Shown here: positions 22,455 through 34,962 of the stretch, piece after piece
Layout of the letters: each line of letters starts with the position of its first letter
How positions within the stretch are numbered: the stretch's first letter is position 1
DNA from: Octopus sinensis
Lineage: Eukaryota
Direction of reading: 5' to 3'
NCBI RefSeq assembly: GCF_006345805.1
Contig: NC_043011.1
Location: 20,658,464 to 20,722,463, forward strand
Length of the DNA stretch: 64,000 bases
Notes under the pieces: model-generated
What the model was told of the DNA's origin: nothing
Seen by the model: the letters and a program-made list of their open reading frames with translations, nothing else
Databases searched by the model: none
Translations under genes and position numbers: made by a program

Positions 22455-22755
22455 TGTTTGTTCCTTCTCGAGCCATGCCTGGCTCATAAGGGCCGGTTTC
22501 CCGGTTTCCTCAGTGTATAGGTTCCCCACCTGGATGGGATGCCGGTCTGTCGCAGGTGAGCTGCAAGATGCAGGAGGAAAGAGTGAGAGAAAGTTGTGGT
22601 GAAAGAGTCAGCAGAAGTTCGTCATTACCTTCTGCCAGAACCGCGTGGGGCTTAGGTGTTTCACTCATAAACACACACATCGCCCGGTCTGAGATTCGAA
22701 CCCGCGATCCCTCGGCTACGAGTCTGCTGCTCTAACCACTAGGCCATGTGCCCCC
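22455..22755 (-). mobile_element. tRNA-derived SINE family D (V-domain-like)
   Basis: Minus head tggcctagtggttagagc...ggttcgaatctc, central cacctgcgacagaccggcatcccatccagg. Second copy at 59888-60185. Confidence 0.75.
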
Positions 22756-22915
22756 ACTATGAAATAAAGTGATTTGCTGAAGGACAGAATACACCACCAG
22801 GAATGAAAATCACAACTTTATGATCATGAGACAAAAATCCTAACCGCTAAGCCTAACACTTCCATATGCAGTCATACGTACTTACATATAATCATGCATA
22901 CATCATATATCTTAC

Positions 22916-23177
22916 CTTTTAATAATCCATATGTTTTCTTGACATCAAACTTCCGGGCCCGTAGAAATCTCAGTAAAAAATCATCATCTTTCTTCTCTAC
23001 CATTTCAAAGACTTCCTGCCCTTCATCACAACTTTTATTCTCCAATATAACTTTGCGCAACTCATTGATACATATTGTTTGTTTATCTTTAGTTTCATAA
23101 AGCTCAATTCGTGCTTTTTCTACCAAGGCTGGTGTTAAGGAACCCTTCTTGAAAATGTGATCGTAAATAGATGCCAT
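22916..23177 (-). CDS. RLBP1: RLBP1/CRALBP-like CRAL-TRIO protein, coding exon 1 (aa 1-87 plus first base of G88; CRAL-TRIO N-terminal domain)
   Basis: ATG at 23177 in aaaaATGG context. An in-frame TGA lies just upstream and a candidate acceptor tgcag sits at 23201-23197. Peptide ...KARIELYE...KKDDDFLLRFLRARKFDVKKTYGLLKG matches human CRALBP KAKDELNE...[26 protein letters not shown] (recalled sequence). Phase-1 donor G|gtaag at 22916/22915. Confidence 0.92.
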
Positions 23178-23253
23178 TTTTGAATGAGGTCACCAACTGC
23201 ACTAAAAGTCTGCAATAGATTTTAGAAATGTAGAATTGGTTTTAATTATAAAG

Positions 23254-23303
<50 letters not shown>

Positions 23304-24363
23304 AGACCAAAGTGTATGTACACTGCTATATTTATATAAAAAGGAATGCCAAAAGTGGGACAAGAACACAAAACATTCAGACAGATGATACAAAAAAGGG
23401 ACAACAAAACATCCAAACAGACGATACAAAAAAAAACAAGGACAAGTCACTCAGAGTTTTCTTTCTTCAGTCAAGTACCAGATTATCTTTGCAAATTCAG
23501 CTAATTATACTCAAGATTGCTCCAATATGGCTACCCCCAAGGAAAAACTAAGCTAAGAGCACTAGATTCCTTGAAAGAAAGCAGTGAATGTATATGAAAA
23601 CAAGGACAGAGAAACCAGAACTGTCATGGGAAAAAAATTTCACTACTGGACAGAAAGCTGGTGACATCTAAGTATCTAGGAACCAGCAGATGTATGAATG
23701 CATGGGTGTAGGTGTGTGTGTGTATGTACTTGACACTGATGAATGAATATGTATATATACATACACATGCATACATATATGTGTGTGTATATATATATAT
23801 ATATTATATATATATATATTATATATAATATATTTATATATATAAATATATTTATATATATATATTATATATATATATTTATATATAAATATATTTATAT
23901 GTATAAATATGTATGAATGTGCACACACACACACACACATGCTTGCATGTGTATATGTATGTATACTTTATTCAGTCTAGTTACACATGCAGATGCAAGT
24001 TTAAAAACAAATTCTAAAAAAAAAGAAGAATGAAAATAAATAACAATTATAAGAGCAAAGCAAATAAAGCTGTCAGGCATATTGTGTTCAGGAAGTTGCC
24101 CTTAGTGTTTGATAAGCAACCTGTGAAATACAGGATTTGGGGGATAATCTTATCTCATTTGTAATAGAGGGCCAAAGGGCACAGGGTAATTTTAAAGAAA
24201 TTTGATAAACTAGCTTTTGTAGAAAAAGATTAAATACTGTCAGAAGAACAGAAGACTGAACTTTAACAATAATATTGTATGTGTATATACGAAGTGTATG
24301 TAAAGCTTATATGTTAAACTATACAAACTGAATATGTACACTACGTATCCACTGAGCAATTAG

Positions 24364-24960
24364 GCCACATGTATCATCATCATCATCATCATCATTATCG
24401 TTTAACGTCCGCTTTCCATGCTAGCATGGGTTGGACGATTTGACTGAGGTCTCGCGAACCAGATGGCTGCACCAGGCTCCAATCTGATCTGCTAGAGTTT
24501 CTACAGCCGGATGCCCTACCTAATGCCAACCACTCCGAGAGTGTAGTGCGTGCTTTTAAAGTGCCACTGGCACAAGGGCCAGTCTGGCAGTACTGGCAAT
24601 GGCGTGCTGGCAGAAACGTTAGCACGCCAGGCAAAATGCTTAGCGGTATTTCATCTGCCGTTACGTTGTGAGTTCAAATTCCGCCGAGGTCGACTTTGCC
24701 TTTCATCCTTTCAGGGTTGATAAATTAAGTACCATTTACGCACTGAGGTCGATATAATCGACTTAATCCCTTTATCTGTCCTTGTTTGTCCTCTCTGTGT
24801 TTAGCCCCTTGTAGGTAATAAAGAAATAGGTACTGGCAATGACCACACTCAAAAATGGTGTTTTTTACGTGCCACCTGCACAGGAGTCAGTCCAGCAGTA
24901 CTGGCAACGACCTCGCTCGAATGTTTTGTTCACGTGCCACCAGCACAAGTGCCAGTGAGG
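24364..24960 (-). mobile_element. RTE 3' UTR interrupted by a plus-strand SINE B (24602-24829)
   Basis: 12-bp TSD gtactggcaatg at 24590-24601 and 24830-24841. Confidence 0.85.
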
Positions 24961-25165
24961 CAATAACACAGAAAAAGGTGAGAGAAAGAGAAAGAAAGCA
25001 TTGATGCATATGTATGTATGTGCATAAATACATGTATGCGTATATAAATACAAAATTTATCTTTCCTGTTTGTATGAGATTATTTGAAGAGTAAACAATA
25101 GGTTTCGGATCAGTGTTTTACTGAGTGGTGCTACATCAAATGGAATATATAGTAAATAATAGTTA

Positions 25166-25535
25166 CTAGCACTATGACCCGGCAACATGGGGTCATAGTG
25201 CTAGTGCATGCATATACAGCTGCATGTGTATGCACATACACGCGAGTATTGTCCAAATCTCCAACCAATCACATACAGCTAACTGGCATTCAATTGGCAT
25301 ATCAAGTTCCGGGCATTTTGATTGGGTTTTGGATAGAAAATTCACAAAAAAGTCTATTTTATTGATTTTTTAATGACTTTGTTGGGTGACTGGGGAAATG
25401 TAAAGATGTGCATGACCACCCTTGGACGGTTTTGAATGACCATAGAAAGTACAAGCCCTCTAACTGAAAAATTGTGGATTTGTATAAAGGACACACACAC
25501 AGACAGACATTTTGCTATTTATATATATAGAGAGA
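25166..25535 (-). mobile_element. non-autonomous Helitron (second family)
   Basis: Minus-strand A|TCTCTCTATATATATAAATAG 5' end at 25535 and CTAG|T 3' end at 25166, with a 16-bp terminal hairpin. Confidence 0.7.
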
Positions 25536-25769
25536 TGCCTGTGATTATATACATATGGACATGTTAAAAGCACCTAGTGAAGACTGTAAAGTGTTTGGCA
25601 TTAGGAAGGACATCCAACCATAGAAACCAAACCAAATCAGACTGGATCCTGCTGCTGCTTTCTGGCTTGCCAGCTCTGGTCAAACCATCAAAGCCATGCC
25701 AGAATGGAAAATGTACATAAATGGATGATGATATATGGGAGGAGTGGTAGGAGAGAGACAGAGAGAGAG

Positions 25770-26200
25770 CAACATAAGTATGACTGTGTGGTTAGAAGCT
25801 TGATTTTCAACCAAGTGATTCCAGGTTCAATCCCAAAACATAGTACCTGGGAAAGTGTCCTCTGCTATAGCTCTTTGCCGACCAATGCCTGTGAGTGAAT
25901 TTGATAGAGGGAAACTGCATGGAAGCCCACCATGTGTGTGTGTGTGTTTGTGTGCACATGCGCGTACATGACTTTATGTTAGTGTTTGTGTTGGTGCTTG
26001 TTTCCCACCATCACTTGATAACACCTATGTTGGCTTGTTTACATCCCCCATAACATTAGCAGTTGGGCAAAAGAAACTGACAGATTAAGTTCCAGACTTA
26101 AAATATACATAAATCAGTTTATTCAACTAAAACCCTTCATGGTAGTATCTCAGCATGGCCAGAGTGCAATGACCCCAACAAACAAAAGATAAAAACATAA
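25770..26200 (+). mobile_element. SINE family A, old and diverged
   Basis: Degenerate but collinear with the family A consensus seen in the window. Confidence 0.65.
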
Positions 26201-26744
26201 ATACCTAAGTCACAATTGATTGTATTGAATCTCTCTCCATTTGCTCCCCAGTACAGCTAGGGATCTTTCCCTCACCCCCAGATCACTCATTACACAACGT
26301 AACAAAATTTTAATTTTATTTTTTGTCTTTGGTCAGTAAGTGTTATTTTCTTTTTGTTTTTATCTACAAATCAAAGGAAATGACAAATATTTCCTTCAAA
26401 CTTTGCTTTTGTGACTGGGACATCAATCTTTTGAAACTATTTCCCCATACATTTCAGATAGATTCAGCATTGAAGCAGAAATATCATTATAGCAAATATT
26501 CTGCTCAATACCACAAATTTGCTTGTCAATTGCTTGACCCTAACCACTTGAGCATGTCCCTTAGTGGCTGACAATATGTGCATCTCTGATCATGAGCAGA
26601 GGAGTTGTTGAGGAGCATCATAGCCATGTGCTGAGAGGGATTCTTTGAGGTTTGAATAAATGTAACAAAAGCAAAGTTTGAAGGAAATATTAGCCATTTT
26701 TCATACTTTCTAGGAGTAAACAAATAGGAAATAACAGTTGCTAC

Positions 26745-27580
26745 CCAAGGACAAAAATTGTGGAAGTTAGCATGATCCACTGGATGTGTAATGTTAGTGT
26801 GCACACACGACAGAGTGTAAGCTCCTTGAGAGAAATGCTGGACATAAGAAGCATCAAATGTGGTGTGCAAGAGAGACGTTTGTGCTGGTATGGTCATGTA
26901 CAGTGGATGGATGAGGAGAGATGTGTGAAGAAGTGCCACTCCCAAACAGTTGAAGGTATCTCGGGGAGAGGTAGACCCAGGAAGACATGGGAAGAGGTAG
27001 TCAAGCATGACCTCCAAACGTTGGGCCTCGCAGAGGCAATGACGAAAGACCGAAATCTCTAGAGATATGCTGTGACTGCAAAGACCTGACAAATAACGTG
27101 AGTTCATGGCTGTTTCCTGCACCAGCTTCACATAGAAGCCCCAGCCCATCCAAAGTATCTTGGATTGCAGAACGACCTGCTGTGCTTGAGGAAACCTATT
27201 GAGTCAAGTACATCAACATCAAAATAACTATCAAATGGAAATTGTGGTTGTGATACCTGTGCCGGTGGCACATAAAAAGCACCATCCAAACATGGCTGAT
27301 GCCAGCGCCGCCTTGACTGGCTTCTGTGCCGGTGGCATGTAGAAAGCACCAACCAATCATGGCCGCTGCCAACCTCCCCTGGTACCTGTGCCGGTGGCAT
27401 GTAAAATGCAGCCACTACACTCACGGAGTGGTTGGCGTTAGGAAGGGCATCCAACTGTAGAAACACTGCCAGAAAAGACTGGAGCCTGGTGCAGCCTCCT
27501 GGCTTCCCAGACCCCAGTCAAACCGTCCAACCCGTGCTAGCATGGAGAACAGACTTTAAACGATGATGATGAAGATGATG
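26745..27580 (+). mobile_element. 5'-truncated RTE LINE (type A): ORF C-terminus, 3' UTR and (GAT)n tail
   Basis: ORF 26760-27062 ...RRLCWYGHVQWMDEERCVKK...GRGRPRKTWEEVVKHDL...DRNL is a typical RTE C-terminus. Confidence 0.88.
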
Positions 27581-28235
27581 AGTCCTATGATTATCCATTA
27601 CTTGATCATTCGCCAGCAAATATGCTGCTGCACTTAATATAACTCTTTTTGCAACTACTGCCCCCTTCCCCCCACTGTCACTGCATACTGCCATGACTAT
27701 CTTTCTTCTAGTCCACTTTCTCATACTATCCCTCTCGTTTCTCTCTCTTCTTCTACACTGTCACTCCAACCACTCAGTTTTCTTCATCTTACTCTTGCTT
27801 CTTTCTTCCTTTTGCTCCAGTCCATCTTCTACAATAGTCCTACCTTTATCAACTCTGAAAGTCATAACATCCTCGACGACTAGAAACTATATAGAATAGT
27901 AAGAATTTCAGTTTCTTGCGAAGCACAAGGCTACTCACTAGAAATGATAAACAATGCACTTACTTCCTGCTGAAAGTGGTTGGCATACAAGCAGAGATAA
28001 CATAGGTTCAAGACAGATATCAAGTGACAGAGAGCTGAGTTGATTAACAACAGGAAAGATAGCAAACAGACTCCAAGTTAGCAAAAGGCCCAGATGCATA
28101 TTTATTAAATGTCCCAACAACTATTCGTACCCCCATTTTTACTTTATGATAAGCTATAATTGCACACATCATCAGGTCTTCTCTTATATTTGTTTCTCAA
28201 TTAGTCTGTCTGCCTGGTGTCTGTTTATCTGTCAG

Positions 28236-28340
<105 letters not shown>

Positions 28341-28423
28341 TTATCTATATATCTATCCATAGAATAATAAACATGTACTCCACAAAAGTTAAATCATTCT
28401 AACTATAACTTAATATAAAAATA

Positions 28424-28469
<46 letters not shown>

Positions 28470-28472
<3 letters not shown>

Positions 28473-28870
28473 GCCCGTGCTAGTAGGGTGCCAAGAGCAC
28501 CATCTGAGCATGAGCATTGCCAGAGCAGCCAACTGGCTTCCGTGCCGATGGCACGTAAAAGGGCACCATTCGAGCGTGATCGTTACCAACGTCGCCTTAC
28601 TGGCACCTGTGCTGGTGGCATGTGTAAAAATATTTGAGTGAGGTCGTTGCCAGTACCGCCTAACTGGCCCCTGTGCCGGTGGCACGTAAAAATCAGCCAC
28701 TACACTCTCAGAGAGGTTGGCTTTAGGAAGGGCATCCAGCTGTAGAAACTCTGCCAAATCAAAATTGGAGACTGGTGCAGCCATCTGGTTCACCAGCCCT
28801 CAGTCAAAATCGTCCAACCCATGCTAGCATGGAAAGCAGATGTTAAACGATGATGATGATGATGATGATA
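28470..28870 (+). mobile_element. RTE 3' UTR (type B) with (GAT)n tail
   Basis: Matches 55950-56400 and, in reverse, 41783-42255. Confidence 0.8.
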
Positions 28871-28878
28871 TATATATA

Positions 28879-30293
28879 CAGGGGTTGGACAAAACAATGG
28901 AAATACCTAGTATCATAGCATCATGATTTTGAAATATCTATAAAACTGTCAAAAGCTTGTTTATTTTTATGTTTTTTGATTTATTGTTAGTGTTGCCTGA
29001 AATGTTTCACTAAAATTGCAGTTTCTTTTCAGATATCATCAGAAAAAGGTAATTAAAATTCATTAAAATAACAGATCTATTGGACATTCAAAGAGGTCAA
29101 ATCGTTGGTGCTCAAATGGCAGGTGCTAGTGTAACGAAAACAGCTGAAATGTTTGGTGTATCAAGAAGTACTATCTCGAAAGTAATGACAGCCTTTGAGA
29201 AAGAGGGAAAAATCTCTGCATTGAAACAAAACTCCGGAAGAAAACCAAAACTTTCAGATAGGGACCGTCGGGTTCTTACACAAATTGTTAGAAAGGATCA
29301 CAAAAGTCCAGCTCCCAAAATTACTGCACAGCTTAATGATGCCTCGATAACCCAGTTTTCACAAAACTGTTCACCGGGAGCTGCAAAAAGACGGATTTCA
29401 TGGGAAGGCTGCAATCAGAAAACCACTACTTTCAAAACCAAATGTTGCAAAGCATTTAGAGTGGAATAAAAACCTACAGAATTGGTACATTGATTCATCC
29501 TTTACTTTATTTCTGACCACCATCCAAATATACGTTTGGAGACAGCCAAAAGAAGCAGTTGACCCAGACTGCCTTCTTTCAACTGTTAAACATGGAGAAG
29601 TATCTGCAATGATCTGGGTGGCGGGGCTATATCATGGAAATCTGCCAGCCCAATGGTTTCCCTTCATGGCAGAATTAATAGTCACGACTATTTAAGCATT
29701 TTATCTTATCAAATTCATGTGGTTCCTTTTCCGGAGGGAAACGCAATCTTTCAGGATGATAATACACCAATTCACACAGCTAAAGTTGTCACTGAATGGC
29801 ATGAAGAACATTCTAGTGAAGTTGAACATTTTATCCGGCCACCACAGTCCCCAGATCTGAATATTATTGAATATTTATGGTGCTTTTTTGAAAAACAAGT
29901 AAGAAGTTGATATCCTCACGTAAAAAGCACCCACTACACTCGCGAGTGGGTGGCGTTAGGAAGGGCATCCAGCCGTAGAAACTCTGCCAGATCAGACTGG
30001 AGCCTGGAGCAGCCCCTGGCTTCCCAGACCCCGGTCAAACCGTCCACCAGTGCTAGCGCGGGAAAACGGACGTTAAACGATGATGATGATGATGATGATG
30101 ATATCACTACAAGAACTGGGGACTGTTTTAGCTGAAAAATGGACAAAAATTCCTTTGAAAACAATTCAAACTTTGCAGGTGTCCATACTTCATAGGATTC
30201 AAGCTGTAATTACTGCCAAAGGTGGTCCTACCCCATGTTAAAATAAATTTGTTTGAAATTTTAAGGTTTTTCTATTATTTTGTCCAACCCTTG
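28879..30293 (+). pseudogene. Tc1 (DD34E) transposon, complete ends, frameshifted, with nested RTE tail at ~29918-30103
   Basis: TA|caggggttggacaaaacaatggaaa ... tttctattattttgtccaacccttg TIRs. HTH region RGQIVGA..GVSRSTISK..SGRKPKLS and catalytic FQDDNTPIH...PPQSPDLNIIE. Confidence 0.9.
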
Positions 30294-30478
30294 TGTGTAT
30301 ATATTAAATCCAATTTTATAGTATAAATATATTATATTAAATTAGAGATAAAACCACTATTAGGCAATTCAAACAGTGAAAATCATAAGCCAATACATAG
30401 AAATAAAATTAATTATTTAAAAAAATATAAAAGTTAAAATTTAAAAATTATTTAAATAATTTAAACTTATAAATTTTA

Positions 30479-30511
<33 letters not shown>

Positions 30512-30880
30512 GTATATATCTCTAATTTAATATAATATATATATATTAGATATATATATATATATATATATATTTACATATATATATATATATATCACCA
30601 CTACCATCATCATCACTAACATTGTTTTAAAGTCCAATTTACCATGGTTGCATGAACTGGGTGGTATTTATCAAGTCAGATTTTCTTGGGTCAGATGCCA
30701 TTCCTGTTGCTAGCTCTCACCTGTTGCTAAGCAACAGATATATTTTCGCAGAATATTCAAAATGAATAACACTTCTTGTATGACAGTGACACACATTTAC
30801 ACAATGCCAAAGTAACACAACCATATACACGCTCACACCCATACATATATGCACATACATTCATACATACATTTATGAAC

Positions 30881-30933
<53 letters not shown>

Positions 30934-32078
30934 GTATGTATGTATGTATGTATAGATAGATAGATAGATATAGATATATATACATATATATATATACATA
31001 TATATACATATATATGTGTATGTATATATATGGAAGGAATCCAGCTGTAGAAACTCTGCCAGATCAGATTGGAGTCTGGTTCGCCCAACCTCAGTCAAAT
31101 CGTCCAATCCATGCTAGCATGGAAGCGGACGTTAAATGATGATGATGATATATTTATGTATGTATGTATGTATGTTTAATTGGAGGTTAAAAAACTCAAT
31201 AAGGGATAATAAAATCCAATGAATGCACTGGTTTATTACCCATTACAAAAAGTATTGAATATTACATTTAATATTCAACTGTAAGGTAATTGGATAAACC
31301 AAGGTTTATATATATTTAAGAAAATCAGAAAATAGAAATAATTAAATTAATAAGTAATTATTAATTTAATTATCTCTATTTTCTTATTTTTCTTAAACAT
31401 ATATAGAAGCACACACACATACATATATCAACATCATCGTCATTTAATGTCTGTTTTCCATGCTGGCATGGGTTGGAAGGTTTGGCCATAGCTGGCAATC
31501 CAGAGAGATGTACCAGACTCCAGTATGATTTGGCTTGGTTTCTATGGTCGGATGCCCTTCCTAACACCAACCACTTTACACTGTGTACTGGGTACTTTTA
31601 ACATGGCACAAGCATGAGTACTTTTACACAGAGTCAGCACGGGTGATTTGTATGTGGCATGGGCACAGGGATCTCACAGGTTAATCATCTTCATCAGTGG
31701 GAGAAGCTTTAACACATCTGCTGTAGAGGATGGGTTTTCTTGAGTACAGTAAGGGAATAGATATCTTGATCCTTTTTTTATCACCTCGCCGGTGGCACAT
31801 GAAAAGCACCAACCGATCGTGGCCATTGCCAGCCTCACCTGGCACCTGTGCCGGTGGCACGTAAAAAGCACCCACTACACTCATGGAGTGGTTGACGTTA
31901 GGAAGGGCATCCAGCTGTAGAAACATTGCCATATCAGAATGGAGCTTGGTGCAGCCTCCTGGCTTCCCAGACCCCCGTCAAACCGTCCAACCCATACTAG
32001 CATGGAAAGCGGACGTTAAACGATGATGATGTTAGGTACAGTGTCCTGAGGTTGTCCTCCAGTACTTCATCCCATGTC

Positions 32079-32109
<31 letters not shown>

Positions 32110-32386
32110 ATCATAATTGTTTAGCAATCACTTTTCCATGCTTGTATGAGTCAAACAGAATTTGTTGAGGCAATTTTTCTACAGCTGGATGCATTTCCTG
32201 TCACCAATTTTTACCTGTTCCCAGGTAAAGTAATATACCTCATAACCAGACTTGTTTTTCACAGAAAACTGGACATGAAGAACACTGCTTGCTTGACAGT
32301 GACATTCATTTACAACTATCATATGAAATCAAAGAAGACAATAAATATGTACACAGGTACACACATACACCTCTCTCTCTCTCTCT

Positions 32387-32429
<43 letters not shown>

Positions 32430-32657
32430 TATATATATCATCATCATCGTTTAACATCCTCTTCCCATGCTAGAATGGGTTGGACGATTTTGACTGAGGA
32501 CTGGCGAACCAGATGGCTGTACCAGGCTCCAATCTTGATTTGGCAGAGTTTCTACAGCTGGATGCCCTTCCTAAAGCCAACCACTCCGAGAGTGTAGTGG
32601 GTGCTTTTTACGTACCACCGGCATGGGGGCCAGTCAGACACACACACACACATATTA

Positions 32658-33360
32658 CAGGGTGCGGTGAATATATTGTCATCTAAATTATGCAAGAATG
32701 AAAATAACATTGACAGATCATTTTATCAGATATATTTACCAAAATTACATAAAAATATCTTTAAATATTAAAGAGTAACTTTAATCAATAAAATTGTCAT
32801 TGGCTTCAACCACGGCCCCCAAATGACTTCAGAATCTCCTGCAGCTCTTCTGGATGATCTTGTTTAAATTGGTGAATGCTGCCATAATCCTTGCCATCAG
32901 GTCATCTTAGGTGTTATAAGGAGTTTTGTTGGTCTCTCATTCAGCTGTGCCCTACACATAATAATGAAGGAGGTTGCAGTCTAGGGAGTTAGGTGGCCAG
33001 ATGTTAGGGGTGATGTTGCAGAAATTTTCTGACAGCCATGACTGGGTTCTCCTGCTTGTGTGGCATGGTACAGAGTCTTGTTGCTAGAGATAGGGTTTTC
33101 CAGCAGCCACCCTCTTGATGCAGGGCAGCACTACCTCCTCCAGTACCTTGATATAGGCTCCCGCGTTGAGTATGAAGCTGTATGGGAAGATGAATGGAGA
33201 CATCACCATCACTAGTGATCACTCCAAACACCATGATGTTGACTGGATGTTTGATTTCTATCACTCTCGGTACATGTTTTGGGGACATAACAAGCCAACA
33301 GTTGTTCTGTCTGTTCACCATCTGTGTGTCATAAATAACAGTGACAAACGAAATATACAC
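32658..33360 (-). pseudogene. maT/DD37D-type transposon 3' half
   Basis: TA|cagggtgcgg terminus and fragments MVFGVITSDG and QQDS.PCH. Truncated by an RTE tail at ~33362. Confidence 0.75.
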
Positions 33361-33912
33361 AGGGTCCTGTGCAGGTGGCACGTAAAAAACACCATTTGAG
33401 TGTGGCCATTGCCAGTACCGCCAGACTGGCCCTCATGCCGGTGGCACGTAAAAGCACCCACTACACTCTCAGAGTGGTCGGCGTTAGGAAGGGCATCCAG
33501 CTGTAGAAACTCTGCCAGATCAGATTGGAGCCTGGTGCAGCAATCTGGTTTGCCAGTCCTCAGTCAAATCATCCAACCCATGCTAGCATGGAAAGCGGAC
33601 ATTAAACAATGATGATGATGATGATGATGTCGATAGACACACATATATGTATGTATTGATGCACATATACATAACTGTGTGTATACAAAGTTAAATATAG
33701 ATATAGATGTATGTGCCAATGCAAAGAAGCATAAACATCATGCAATGTAAATTTTCACTAAATATTCAAAATGAATAATACTTCTTGTATGACAGTGACA
33801 CACATTTACACAATGCCAAGGTAATATAAATTCTAGACAACAACCGTTTATTGATGGTAGGAGTCATTAACATTGCAATATAAAAGTTTAATTAAATTCA
33901 TACATGTGTGTG

Positions 33913-33954
<42 letters not shown>

Positions 33955-34039
33955 CACTCATGTATGTTCGTGCTGGTGATTAAACCAGTGAAATTTGGGA
34001 TGTAGTAATCCCTTATGAGGACAAGAAATCCTTGCATAG

Positions 34040-34260
34040 ACTATATATATATATAAAATGTGACCTCGTGTGTACCGTTGGCGATTTTTTTTTTTCCTCT
34101 GTCTTCCCTTCTCTGGATCTCTCCTTCTCCTATGTTTCCGATGAAGAGCTCCACTCGAAACATTAAACCCTCCTTCTTCCCTTCTTTCCTGAGCGTCCAA
34201 TAATAATATATTTGTTCCACATCCTCACATTGTTGTGTTTTTTTGTGTTTTCTTGTTTGG
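34040..34260 (+). mobile_element. Penelope-like pseudo-LTR fragment (second family)
   Basis: Contains a minimal hammerhead-like core at 34134-34168. Boundaries are approximate. Confidence 0.5.
34134..34168 (+). ncRNA. minimal hammerhead ribozyme motif, mutated
   Basis: gttt C(C)GATGA a gag ctcca ctc GAAA c(a)tt aaac. Stem I gttt/aaac, stem II gag/ctc, loopless stem III. Two substitutions (U4>C, G16.2>A) separate it from an ideal core. Confidence 0.55.
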
Positions 34261-34550
34261 ATTATATATATATATGTATGTATGTATTTAAAATGATCTG
34301 AAAATTTTCACAGCCTTGGATTTTTTATCTCATTCTCTTAAATTTTATGTATATGCATGTTAATATACAACGTATGTTGGATTCCTCATTCTTATCAACA
34401 TCGAACCTGGAGCTTAGCTAGTTTGTCCATAGCACTTACTCAGCATCAGCTGACACTTTTGGATCTTTTCGACACCAATACCTCTCATACCCCCTATATA
34501 TATCATATATGTTGTGTGTGTGTGTGTGTGTGCATGTGTGTATGTGTATG

Positions 34551-34582
<32 letters not shown>

Positions 34583-34916
34583 GGGAATACTATTCCAAAC
34601 TTACAGAGAAAAATTCAATTTAGTAATACTAAATCAAATTTCACAATATAAATATAGTATATGTATATAAATTAGAGAAGAACCACCTTTTATCAATTCA
34701 ACAATAAAATAACAATGATATAATTAAATTATACCATATAGAAAATAATTAAATATATGATAAAAACATATACCATATATATATAATATATATATATACA
34801 TACATATACATATTTTATACACACATAATATGTATATGTATGTATATATATTCATAATATATATATATATGTATGTATATGTGTATATATATTATATATT
34901 ATATTATGTGTGTGTG

Positions 34917-34962
<46 letters not shown>

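Noticed and set aside
15114-23177. Calling the gene squid-type RALBP, clavesin or TTPA
   Set aside because: Its length, IENW/IENF motifs and gap-free exon-level match to CRALBP fit RLBP1 better, and there is no C-terminal GOLD-like extension. A phylogeny is still needed.
26526-27149. 207-aa minus-strand ORF
   Set aside because: It is the antisense shadow of the RTE ORF C-terminus on the plus strand.
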